64,000 bases of DNA. It comes from Rhizodiscina lignyota (lineage: Eukaryota). The position numbers and the translations under genes were made by a program. Location: positions 1,984,001 through 2,048,000 of the forward strand of contig ML978123.1 in the NCBI GenBank assembly GCA_010015805.1, written 5' to 3'. The notes below the pieces were generated by a model. The model made no database searches and had not been told where the DNA came from. It saw nothing but the letters and a program-made list of their open reading frames with translations. Of this stretch, positions 1 to 12,724 are shown piece by piece; position 1 is the stretch's first letter; every line of letters begins with the position of its first letter.

Positions 1-3000
1 AAGGCGAAGGAACCAAAGGATGGATTAATGGGCGAGCCTTGAGACTCGTATTCCAGAATCTACTGGTCGAGCGAAATGAAACTGTACTCACGCTATCACT
101 GCAAGTATGGAAAGCTCTGGTCTCTTCAATATCTGCCGACGGCCCGGAACACTTCGCACAGGAATTCGAAGCCCATATTGATCCGCTCATCGCACTCACT
201 CTCAGCCCAATTGGCGTTTCGCGTCACCCACTGCCAATGGATGCCACATTATTCATCAAACCATCTGGCCAACCTTTCATGCCGAATGGGTCGCACTCAC
301 ATGCTCGCCGGCAATCAACCGCCGGTGCAGAGCCGCCTAAGAAACGCCGCAAATCGGACAAAGCAAAGGAGGTCCCTACAACGACTTATGCAAGCCACAA
401 CATTGACGGACCGATTATGGACGGAGATGTTGATCTTGTTGGTGCTGATGTTATGATCCGATCGAAGATCTTTTCTTCCAAGGCTTTGGGGGTAGCAATG
501 AGCACTTGGCCCATTGGTTCAAGAAAATCAACCTTCGAGCCCAGGCTTCTACCACATTTGAACTCTCCCAACTCTTCGACTCAACTTACAACGGCAATGG
601 TCATCGAGGAATATGCCAAGCTTCTTCCCTCATCGGACGACCTTGCATCAGGCCTCTCACAAGCCCTGCACCCGCTGCTAGAGACGGAACGACCTGTCTG
701 GTATAGAGACTTGACCAACTATCTGCAGGTACTGCGTGCTCAGTGCCAGTCGCTCTTGAACACTTTCAAAGAACAAGGCCGCGTCAGGAGTCTTCCAGGC
801 GTTGCACCCGTCGTACAAGGAGAGGAGAATGCGTCAACTTTTGCATTCGGCATTAGTGACGCTGACAAGATTCTTGGGCCGGAGTATGATAGACTTATGA
901 AGTCTTTAACTCCATCACAGAGGATAGTGGCTCAGCAGGCTCTCGCCGACGCTCGTGTAGACGCCCAAACAGCGATGAAGGAAGCAAAGACTGTGAAAGA
1001 GCAACGGGATCTTCGGATAAAAGCTGCTGCTGCTGCTGCTTTAGTGGCACTGAAAAGTGTTAATGCCCAAAGACCAGGCGACATCATCAAACATGTGATG
1101 GAAAGCATAAAGAGGGAGGAAAACACAGAGCTGCAGAAACGATCAGCAGCTGCCGTGGCTGCTCTCATTGAGTACCTGGCTGCCTCTGGACGTAAGCCCC
1201 CTGTTTCGAAAGTGGTGGGCAATCTCGTCAAGTACTGCTGTATGGAGACTGCGGAAACGCCAGAGTTCCATACTTTCGCGGATATGACCACGGGCATTGT
1301 GAGTCTCAAGAAGGACGAAAATATTCGAGATCACCCCGACGCAGCGGTATTTGAGCGCGAAGCGAAAGCGGCGAGAATCACCAGACGAGGTGCGAAAGAG
1401 GCCCTCGAACAGCTTACTGTGAATTTTGGCGGGCAGTTGTTTGACCGAGTACCAAATCTTCGCACGCTGATTGAGGGACCCATACTTGAAGCCTTCTCAA
1501 CCGATGATCTCCCAGAAAAAATATACGACTCCGCCACATTCTTCGGCCAAGACGTTGTCGATGCACTCTCGACTCTCCGCGCTCTTGTTCCTAAATTCCA
1601 CCCCGATCTCAAGCCGTTCGTTCTGGAGCTTCTCCCTCTCATCGCAAAGGCACTTCAATCGAAGCTCGCTGTATTACGGTATATGGCAGCCAAGTGTTTT
1701 GCCACGATCTGCAGTGTTATGACAATCGAGGGCATCACTATGCTCGTTGAAAAGGTTTTACCTTCGATCAGTAACGCCATTGATGTGCATTGTCGACAAG
1801 GCGTTATCGAGTGCATATATCACCTTATCCATGTCATGGAAGATGGCATTCTACCTTATGTAATCTTCTTGATTGTGCCGGTACTTGGGCGAATGAGCGA
1901 CTCAGACAACGAAGTGCGTCTCATTGCGACAACGACCTTTGCCACGCTTGTCAAGCTGGTACCATTGGAAGCTGGTATTCCTGATCCGCCTGGCCTGTCT
2001 CAAGAGCTACTCAAAGGTCGCGACCGAGAGCGGAAATTCATTGCCCAGATGCTGGACGCACGTAAGGTGGAGCCTTTCGAAATCCCCGTTGCTATCAAGG
2101 CCACTCTACGCTCCTACCAGCAAGAGGGTGTCAACTGGCTCCACTTCCTCAATCGCTACAATTTGCACGGCATACTTTGCGACGACATGGGTCTCGGGAA
2201 AACGCTTCAGACGCTCTGCATAGTCGCTAGCGATCATCATACTCGCGCTGAGGAGTTCGCAAAGACACAGTCACCGGATTTCCGACCGTTACCATCCATT
2301 ATTGTGTGCCCACCAACTCTGTCTGGACATTGGCAGCAAGAAATTCGACAGTTCGCGCCATTCCTGAAGCCCGTTGCTTATGTCGGCCCCCCAGCGGAAC
2401 GTGGCAAGTATCGCTCACAACTAGCAACCGCCGATATTGTCATAACTTCTTATGATATTTGCCGCAATGACATTGACATACTCGCGCCAATCACGTGGAA
2501 TTACTGCGTTTTAGACGAAGGGCATCTCATCAAAAATCCGAAGGCGAAGACCACGCTAGCAGTAAAGCGGTTTGTTAGCAACCACAGGCTCATTCTTTCT
2601 GGAACTCCAATCCAGAATAACGTTTTGGAGCTTTGGTCACTGTTTGACTTTCTTATGCCTGGGTTCCTTGGAACTGAAAAGGTCTTCCAGGATCGCTTCG
2701 CGAAGCCAATTGCTGCTAGTCGCTTTAGCAAGTCTTCATCAAAGGAGCAAGAAGCTGGTGCTCTGGCAATTGAAGCATTGCATAAGCAAGTGCTGCCCTT
2801 CCTACTCCGTCGACTGAAAGAAGAAGTGCTGGACGATCTACCGCCGAAGATATTGCAGAATTATTATTGCGACCTTTCAGAACTGCAGAAGAAGCTCTTC
2901 GAAGACTTCAGCAAGAAGGAGGGCAAGTCATTGCAAGAAAAGGCAGCCAGCAACGACAAAGAGTCCAAGCAGCACATCTTCCAGGCCCTGCAATACATGC

Positions 3001-3953
3001 GCAAGCTATGCAACTCTCCAGCGCTCGTTATGAAAGAAAACCATAAGCATTACCATGAAACGCAGAATTTCCTGGCGAAGCAGGGCACAAGCCTGCGCGA
3101 CCCCGTTCATGCACCGAAACTAGGCGCGGTGAAAGATCTGCTCGTCGACTGCGGTATCGGCGTCGAACACAATTCACTCAACGGCGAGAGTATTCCCACC
3201 GCGTCGGACGCCGTTTCCCAGCATCGTGCTCTTATTTTCTTCCAGATGAAGGAGATGTTGGACATGGTACAGGAGGAAGTGCTCAAGAAGATGTTGCCGA
3301 GCGTGCAGTATATGCGCATGGATGGTAGCGTCGAAGCGTCGAAGCGTCAAGAAATCGTGAACACCTTCAACAGCGATCCCAGCTATGACGTGTTGCTCCT
3401 TACGACAAACGTTGGTGGACTGGGGTTGAACCTTACGGGCGCAGATACTGTCATTTTCGTCGAGCATGACTGGAACCCACAGAAGGATATGCAGGCAATG
3501 GACCGTGCTCACAGAATCGGCCAGAAAAAGGTGGTCAACGTCTACCGCATCGTGACAAGAGGCACCTTGGAGGAGAAGATCCTAAAGTAAGTTTACAGCC
3601 TGGTCCAACTCCTAGGTGTTACTGTACTAACTTAGCTCCGCAGTCTCCAACGCTTCAAGATCGATGTCGCCTCTACCGTCGTTAACCAACAAAACGCAGG
3701 GCTGGGCACGATGCAGACCGATCAGATCCTAGATCTTTTCAATGTGTCCTCTGGCGATGCCGCGGACGCTCCACCACCGCTTCCAGGCAAAGATGACAAG
3801 AACGTCAATGAGGACGATGCGGTCGATGCAACGGGTGAAGTCAGGGAGAAGGGCAAGAAGGGCTTCTTGGATGAGCTGGGCGAGTTGTGGGATGAGAAGC
3901 AGTATGAAGAGGAGTATAACTTGGATTCTTTCTTGGCCACTATGAGGAATTGA
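1..3953 (+). CDS. MOT1: TBP-associated SNF2-family ATPase Mot1/BTAF1; 5' end lies outside the window; intron 3587-3643
   Basis: HEAT-like region then SNF2 motifs LCDDMGLGKT, LDEGH, LSGTPIQN and QAMDRAHRIGQ. The GTAAGT..CTAAC..CAG intron restores ILNLQRFKIDVASTVVNQQN. C-terminus LGELWDEKQYEEEYNLDSFL is typical of Mot1. The frame is already open at base 3. Confidence 0.96.
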
Positions 3954-4409
3954 AAAGTATAGGCGATGGGGATTCGATGGGAAACGGCCTGGATTGTCTG
4001 GTTTTTTATACTGAAGTATTCGGTAAAGCGTAGCATAGCGTGTGCCTGTTATGGTGGCCAGTTACACTACTCATTGTCATTCGATTCGACTTTGTATTTG
4101 CTACCGTAGCAATGAGAAATTTCACCTTTACTCTCGAAATTGGACCTTGTCCTATTTATACCCCAAAAAAATTGGCCACCAGCCCTAAGGGCAGCCAGCA
4201 TTTACACCTCCGAGTAAGCGAGACTATCTCTGAAAGCATAGTTGTACGTTCTTCGGGGTGTACTGAACAATAGTGAATCGTTAAACAACTGGTGCACTTT
4301 GTTAATTACAGATGTTACACTGTATTTTCATTCCGCGTCTTGATAGCTACAGCCAACTCTTCGTCACATCGAGGTCATGCAGTTTCACACTACATTCCAG
4401 GCCACTCTT

Positions 4410-5476
4410 CTAAACATGACTAGCAGCGAAGTTGATAGGCTCGATAATCGCGTTTTCAAACATGCCGTCTCCGGCCACCAAAGCATTGTCGAAGGCGTGC
4501 GGCTGGCCGGGAACCACTACCATCTCAGTCTCTACACCGAAGGCCTTCAGTTTGTTGTGCGCATCCTTAACCACGTTCACATCTACAACCTGATCAGCTT
4601 CACCATGGATGAAGTAAGTCGGAGGAAAGTCTTCGCTGAACCCGCAGATCGGGTCCAGACGATCTACCTCGCTTTCCGGTACGATCTCTGATACCCACGT
4701 GCCGTTACTGATGATGCTGAAGAGCCACGCATTGCGCGGTTGGGCAAAGTCAATCTCTGGCGGCATCTTGAAACCCCCGGATGCAGTCAGGACGAGCGTC
4801 TCGTTCGACGTCGTGACGGGCTCGTCGTACACCTTATCCAAGAAAGATTGCTCGAACTGCGGAACGCCGGCGGCGAGGAGAGTGATTATCTGCTTGACTG
4901 GCTGTCTGTAGAACGGATTGCGGAGGTTGAGCGGGCCGTAGAAACTCAATATGGCGCGTGGTTTCTCCTTCTCAAGACCCTAATAGCGATTCAGTACGGT
5001 ACCATGCCACAGCTTTCAGCGGCCGGGTACCAGCATCATCGCAAGGTGGCCGCCTGCAGACTGCCCAAATGCTACAATTCTATCACCGTCCACCGCGATT
5101 CCGAGGTGCTCCTTCATGATGCTTGGCAAAGACTTCCGACACCAGTGATACGCATCTCGAGTGTCTTGTATTGGTCCGTCATATAATGATATGTTCGGAT
5201 ACAGTCTGTAATCTGGCGAGACGACGACAAAGTTCCTTTCCACGAATGCCTTGATATGGCTCGGAGTTATTAAGTCTCTTCTGCCGGTAGCAAAGCCCCC
5301 CGAGTGGAGTGCAATCGCTGTGAAATGGGATTTTAGTTTTGAGGTGGATGTTCTGGGAAGGCGCATGACGTACCTATCGCTTGTGGCTTCTGATTAGCTT
5401 GATCATTGTAGTGAACATTGGCTAGTATTGGTTGCCCGTCCCCGAAGGTCTTGTATTCGAAAGTCTTCAGCGGCAT
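4410..5476 (-). CDS. Alpha/beta hydrolase (HSL-like esterase/lipase); introns ~5321-5372 and ~4981-5030
   Basis: HSGGF oxyanion-type motif, VVVSPDYRL, nucleophile GQSAGG, FIHGEADQVV and terminal HAFD. The spliced junction gives MML|GLEKEKPRAILSFYG. Confidence 0.88.
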
Positions 5477-5837
5477 CCCTCCGATTAGTTGACTTGATTT
5501 GCGAAGAGCCGTCAATGCTGACCGATTGCTGTTATTTCAATAGTAAGGTTATTCGTCCGACACGCGAGATAAATTACTAATCTCAGAACTGATAGTGGGT
5601 ACTTAATATGAGGGAGCCGGCATTCACGGCGTTTGTGGAGTTCCACATGGTGGTCAGTTCGCACCATATTCTGGATTAGGGAATCAGTAATCTGGTCAAG
5701 ACCCCACAAAGATCAAAATCGAGCTAGTTGTCATTCATGGGGTATTATCCAAAACACAGAGAATCCGAACAAAGCATACTAAGGGCAGCAAAATATAAAA
5801 ATGTAACGTCCCTACAAGGGTTACGAATACGAGCCAA

Positions 5838-8527
5838 TCAAATCCAACCACTCTTCTCCTTCTGGCTTTCTCCAAACCACCCCTTCCATCTGTCCCTGCT
5901 CTTACTCCTTGTCCTTCCAAGATGCGGGAACTGAAAATTCCTTGCCCTACTCCCTTCAAACTTGCTCTTGTAGCTCCCGGCGGCACTGCTGCTTTGTCTC
6001 AACCCTAGTGCACCTATGCCGACTTCCTCTTCAACTTCGGCCTCCCGGAATCCTGGTGCGCTGCTCGCACCACCAGCAGGGCGTCGGGACGCCTTCGAAT
6101 TCATTCTGCTCGGGCCATTGCTCCTCAGCTTCGATGCGGAAAACGCGGTTCTATTCGTCTCATTGCTAGCAACGTGCCTCAGGTGCCTCCGAATCTCATC
6201 CTTCTCCTCGTCGCCGAGTACGCGACCTTTGCGGTTGCTGGGCGGTGTGTGATACTCGAAGCTACTCGCGACACGGCGCATCTGGTGCTGCTGCTGTTGT
6301 TGCGGATTTGGAACATATCGACGGGGAGTGGAGTCCAGGATTTGGCCTAGCTGAGCGAAGTCCTCGGCCTCTGCATACGTGCGCTCCATCGACTGCATGC
6401 GTGGTGCAGCGAATGCACGACCTTGGACTGACAGAGATGGCCGGCGGGCGAGAGATGTGTTTGCGGTCTGACGAGGCGAATGGCCATTCTGAGATTGTTG
6501 CTGGAATGCCGTGGCCCGTTTCTCCTCTATGGCTGCGGCAACTTGCGCGACGGAGTTCGGCACTACGTCGAGGGAGTTCATGTGGATGAGAACGATAGGC
6601 AGCTGAACCGTGACAAGTTTGGTATGTGTGGTCCCTATGGTTATGTTCAAGAAGTAGCGCACCTCGAAGTATTTGCCGCATTTTACGGTGGCGTGGCCAC
6701 GAGGCAGTTCGAGATCGTACGTTCGAACATCTGTAGAATGCGCAGGAACGCCGTTCCAGTTACCGACGCCTTGCTTGAAGGCAACTTTGGTGAGAATTAT
6801 CCGCTCGTTGCTGTCGAAAATGCGTGCTTGGCTTGCAGACTTTTCCAGAGTAGCTGCTGCAGCATGTTTGTAACAGAGGATGTCACGTTCCAGCTGCAGT
6901 TCAACCCGTTTTATTACCTTCCGGCTATGGTTTGCGATGTGTACGTCGACGAAAATGTTAGTCCCGCTAACCCAGACCTGTCTGTGCAGACCAGCGGTTA
7001 CGCGAATGGTCTCGATACTTGATTCGCGATGTCGAATGTATTCGTCTGACGCAGTCAAGGGACTTGGGAGAGACATTAAGGCTTTCTCCGCTGAGAAATG
7101 CGTCAGTCAAATCCAATAGCTGTGGGAGGATAAGACCTACGATCGTACACAGATAAAACAGAGACGTCCTGTGAAGAACGAACAAGATATAGCCTGCCTT
7201 GATCTCGCACTAGTAGGGTCACGCACAGAACGTATCTTATCCTCGCATTTTTGGACTGAAAAGGAGGCGGTCCAACGTCCAAAGGCAAGCTGAGCATGAA
7301 TGGAATAGAAGATATCGAAGGAGTGAGCAACCAGAATGGGTCGATAGGTGAAATATGCTTCAAGGATTCCACCATGTTATGTGGAGGCGGGTTTTCTGAA
7401 TCGACAAGTTCTGTCGCTAGATTCAGGAAGACAACCCGTTTTGGCCACGCCATCTCCTCGACGCCAAGGAGGTCTACTGACACTCTCCCGAGTGCCAATG
7501 CTCGTTTATGTCGTAGTCTCTCCGCATCGTCTACGTTGATCTTGACATGGCCTTCAATGCTGCCTCCGCCGACGAAAAGAGAAGCGCTGATGTGCAAGTC
7601 TGCTGATATTCGAGGATGCCGGTGGCTAGGCGCATCCAGGATATCAACCGGTTGAGGATTGCGAATGAATGTTCGGGATGGAACGTGACGTATGCTCTCA
7701 AAGGAAACTGGGTCAAATCGTGCTGCATACTCCTTGACTGGAGATCTGGATTGGCCTCTATTTCGTATTGTATACGCTTGCTCTCTTGGGGGAGGATCAG
7801 GGATTGGTCCCCTTGACTGTGAAGTACTTCTTTGCCTCCTAGGCCGCGACGAAGAACGTGGCGGAACATTTCCGGGGGGGATGCTATATATACTCGAACG
7901 ATCGCCTGGTGTGCTAGGAGAAGCGATTGGTGACTGTCTCCCCGTTCGGTCGGCTTTGTAGAGTGAGTGGGGCTTCTCAAATGCTGCTGTAACGGAGTCT
8001 TTGCGCGCTAACGACACATTACGTGTATGTGATGCTGAAGATTTCTTGCTCAATTGCCTCCTTACAGAGGGCTTTCTGTTCGTCATATCGACGAGGCTTG
8101 GCTCTGTGAGTTCGCGAATGTCTGAGAGTGGCCGCGTTGCCGTCGACCATGGCGGAATACCAGATGTTGACCAAGGCGGCGCACTTGTAGTGTGCGATTG
8201 AAGCGATCCATATGTAGACTTCTCCATGGATGCGACATAGTTATGAGACGGTGCAGGAGGTGGACGAGGATGATTTTCTTGACGATCATCAGGAGAGACG
8301 AAGCGGTTCATAGGTGGTCCTTTTCCGGGTTGACTAAAGGCTGCATGTCTTAGCATTATCTTGCGAAACGATGGAATTCACGTACCACTGTGTGCAGTTT
8401 ACAATGTCCAGCTGCGGTTAGTGATTGACGTTAAAGGGAGGGATCGTAGCTTTTCGCCAGCTGTTAGGCAAGTCTCCGGCAGTGTACTGGGCGGTAAAGC
8501 ACTCACTTGAGGTTCCTGAAAGTCCAT
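5838..8527 (-). CDS. Arrestin-like (arrestin N/C domain) protein with long disordered N-terminus; intron 7091-7140; start uncertain (8527 via two small 5' exons, or 8311)
   Basis: Arrestin-like beta-sandwich segments (LFVGGGSIEGHVKI, PFMLSLPLDVGPPPFQSKNARIRY, GKYFEVRYFLNI). The GTAGGT..CTGAC..CAG intron joins VYD|PEKALMSLPSPL. Confidence 0.8.
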
Positions 8528-10430
8528 GCCAAAGCTCGACTCAAACAACCAAGTGAGTGTCCACCTCCGGCAACCAAACTGCAATGGGTGATCTCATCGG
8601 GATCTTGCAATCGGCAACTCTGAAAATGGCATCGAGCTTCTTCCACAACAGGAGCCGGCAACCATTCTGGAAGTCGCCATCGCCGTGGCCGCTACTGCAT
8701 CAAAGCGCCTTCCTAAACAAACATACAACTAATTGCAAAGACAAGAAGAAGAACGAAGGCAAAGGATAAGGTCGTCGACAGGTTGAGCCAGGTTAGGAGA
8801 GAAGTTCTTGCAAGGTCGCAAGCGCAACATCACACGTATTGGTCTATTCCTTTATGTTGTTCTTCACAAGAACCGTACGGAAGCATCATCTCACAGGTGA
8901 GCTCCAAGGGAAGAGCAGAAGAGCCATCTCATGCTACGGGCCTTCATTTTTCGTTCCTGTACAGCTGAGGCTTTAATCCTCGTCATCGCCTTGCCCATTC
9001 GTCATGGTGCCTTAGAATTCTTCCGGGAGAAAGTCAAGTACTATTTGCATCCTTTTCTCAGCCATTGTGTACTCACTCGTCGCGCTTATTCCATTCAACG
9101 TCGGACATGACAGGAGACGCGGAGGGCCGTTTTTCCAATCTCGAGTTCATTCTTCCTGCAGAAAGACATCGTGAGCTGCAGGAAATCCGGGTGTATGGTT
9201 CTGGCATCCCAGATCAGAGTTTTCTAGCTCGTCTCCAGCGTATCCACCAGAATGAACGCATCCCGGCGTAGCCATCGACACTCTCGCCTAGCTTTTGCAG
9301 CGAAGGGAATGGTCGACGGCGGCATTTGCGGCATCGTGATTGTCAACCCCGCAGAAAGGACTCCTGACTGCTCAACTCCTCACGTCGGTAGGGTCCGGAA
9401 ATCCAGACCATCCCCCATTCGCTACTGAAGCAGAAGTGCATCAACGTTGCGCTCGACAGTGGTCAGGCGGGACACGGCTCAGGATCTGGAGGGGAACAAC
9501 CGGTACTGAGTCCCGAGGGCTTCTTGATGATCGCGACGAAAATTTGGGAAAGAACGACCTGCGCAAGGGAAAGGGTCGATATTTCACAGCACTTCACATC
9601 GAATCTTGGCGAAGGAGGCCCAAATCCGCGGAGATGTGCGCTCGAACCCTACTCTGGTACAGGGCTTCCCAGGATCCTCACACAAGCGACTGCCATAATT
9701 GGAACACGTTTGAACGGTTCTGAATCCTGTCAGCGGAAAAGAACCAAACACCAAAGCACCGATGCTTGATGCGCCCAATGGAATGTGGGAGTCCGCCCGG
9801 ATCCGTCCCCTCCCCAGCGCTGACCATACGGTAATGTAAGTGCTGTATCTAACTTCGGCGCACCACTCCGCTGGGGCTGGGCGCCACGCGAGAAATCCGG
9901 ATTCAGCTGCCCTTTGGATGCTAGCTTCCATCATCGCCGTCCTGGACTGCCCGCCCTCCCTCACCTCGAGGCGTCGAAAATTTTGTCGGCCGCCCACTCT
10001 TTTTCATTCGCCCGCGCAAGCTACGCTGGAGAAGGCGTCAGACGCAGCCTCTGCAACACGGCAGAGCAGGAGGCCAAGCGAACGAGCCGGAGCATGCAGC
10101 GCGCGCATGCGCATCCGGATGGAGTGCGATAACCTTCTTACCCGTGCCTTTTGAACCACTTTTCTGCTCGCACTGTCCGCCGCACAACCTCTTTCTCATC
10201 TGATGTTTCTCTTAGTCACAACCCCAGCTCACCCGCGTACTGGCAGTAGCAATCGCAACCTGCCCAGTTATCGTTTTTATCGCTCATTATAAACTCCATT
10301 ATCAATTCACATTCACCCGTCCCAGCCCTGCGGTAGAGCCGCCGCCCGGATACTCGTAGCTGACGTCTTTACCCCGTGCTACTGTAGCCGAATTGGGGAA
10401 ACTGCTGGAGGGGTACCTGCAGTAGCAGAA

Positions 10431-11894
10431 ATGGGAGATCGCGTCGACGAGACAAAGCCTGAGCCAGAGAGAGACGCGTCTGACGATTCCTTACCGTCGT
10501 CTCCAGAGCAAGATGGTGAGGTGCTTGCTCAAGAGCAGAATCCGGTGCAGAAGCGCAAAGGCGGACGGAAGCCCGTACGTGAAGCCCAGCCCTTCCAGAT
10601 GTCTTTAATGCCCGATTGATATTGGTGTTGACGTTGTACTAGATATACGCGACTTCCGAAGAGCGCAAACAGCGGAATAGACAAGCACAAGCTGCATTCA
10701 GAGAACGTCGGACGGAATATATCAAGCAATTGGAGACGACCATCAAGCATCATGAGGAGAACCTCCAGACGTTGCAGCAGAGTCACCGCACCGCTGCGGA
10801 CGAATGTCTCATGCTAAGATATAAGAATTCGCTGTTAGAGAGGATATTGCTGGAAAAAGGTTCGGAGCACCGCCTGCTGGACTGGAAAGGATATCAAGCT
10901 GACGGCTGTTATAGGGATCGATGTCCAGGCGGAACTGCGCGCAAAGACCGGAAGTCCCAACCTCCATCCAGTTCGCATACCACCTACAACTGCTCCGATG
11001 CCTCAAACTATTCAGCGATCGAGCGTCAGCAAAGGCCATCAGCCACGACGATATATCACACACCCGCCTGCAAAGGCGGACACAACCCCACAGTTGAACC
11101 CTCAGCTTCCAGAAAATGTTCTTCCAAACCCTTCGCCACGATCCAACCCCACTCCAACTGCTTCTCACTTTTCCTCGCCCGCGACCGTCCCGACCCGATC
11201 CCCAAATTTCTTCCCTCAAGGTGGAAGTACGATTTCGCCGTCTCTCGGACCCCTAACTCAACATCCACAGCAACGACACTCTCAACCTCCGCTCAGACCT
11301 AATCTAATCCCCATGCAACCGCCGCAGCGTCCCCCAATCTCAGCGTCTTACACCAGTTCTAGCGGCGTCTCATCGAATTCCGTAGCGAGCGGGCCTGGGG
11401 GAAATGGCTCGGTAAATTCGGGCAAGGGCATATTCCCCACCCAGTTCCAAAGTCATTATGATCAACTCGGCAAGTTATCCCGTTTCCTTTTTCGTTCTAT
11501 AGGCATAGGACTCTGTTCGTCCTAGGCTGATTTCGTTCGTACAGAGCAGGAATACGACGCCGCAGTAGACATGACCGACGACGATGTGCAGTCTCCTCAA
11601 GGCCCTCCTTTTCCAAATCCAAATTCCTTCGCTGCCGGCTCTCAACAGCCGCACGGTCTGCCAACACAGAACGCGAGCGCAATGCAACCACCACCGCAGC
11701 CAATGACCAGCCAGGGCTCAATGAATCAGTTTCAACAAGCGACTGCTTTGCCCAATGCAGAAGGGAACAACGGCTCGAACTATACAGGGATGAATAACTT
11801 CTTCGATCCCTACGATCCAATGCTTGACGCAGATCCCTTTGGACTGAGTGCAAGCATGCATTTCCCAACACAGTTTTCATACGATGCAAGATGA
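10431..11894 (+). CDS. bZIP transcription factor (YAP/AP-1-like basic region); introns 10575-10642, 10860-10914 and 11470-11544 (GC-AG)
   Basis: Spliced basic region and zipper KRKGGRKP|IYATSEERKQRNRQAQAAFRERRTEYIKQLE...ECLMLRYKNSLLERILLEKGIDVQAEL. C-terminal DPMLDADPFGLSASMHFPTQF motif. Confidence 0.9.
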
Positions 11895-12724
11895 AGAGGT
11901 GGAGGCTTGAAGGAGTGCCAATGGGTCTCATCTGATTAAAAACCATACTCGAGTAGACGGCGAACAATTGACGCCTCTACGCGCTCAGTCACGGGCATCA
12001 ACGGCATACCTCGCACGTGGGTTAATTGGCAAATGTAGGCTCTTGCTTTTTGACTTTGCAGTCCAAATTGCTTTCAGAGAATGTCTCTTAGGACCGGCAC
12101 TGATTGTTCCAAGGAGGATAACGAAGAAAGTTTTGTTACCCTGAATTGTCTGTGCTTTTGACGATAGGAAGGAAGGCTGGAGAAGGGCGCGAAGGAGGTT
12201 TGAATTTAACAGGCCAATCATGGCAGACTTTGATCTGCAAGCGATTGACAGGGCAAGCTCGCAGGGCAGGTAGCAATTTTATACGTAGGCATGTTGTGCG
12301 CTTCACACGCCATTGGAGCACGACTCGGGTGGCGCGGTGACGCTGTACCTATGTACCGTTGCATTGTCTTGCCTTTTGCGAATGTAAACATCTACAAATG
12401 AAAAGAGGTGCGCGAGCAAGCTCGTCACACAACTTGCCAGCAGAGTGCCAGATGAGATCGTGGCTGTCTCGCTTAGCTTACTGCTAAGGCACGCCAAGCC
12501 TTAAACTGAAAATTGACATCGTTTTCTCTCCCCCACACACAGCTGCCCTCTCCCTCCAGCTCCCATCACAGCTCAACCAACAGCCACTCGACAGTCCTCC
12601 GAAAACTGTCGTGAGAGCTGCGGTCCTTTGGATCCTGCTCTCTTTACTACTCAGATTGACCTGCGGATTGCGTGCACCCAGTGGGGAATAGCGCGAAAGG
12701 CGCTTGAATTTCCTAGCCGTCAAA

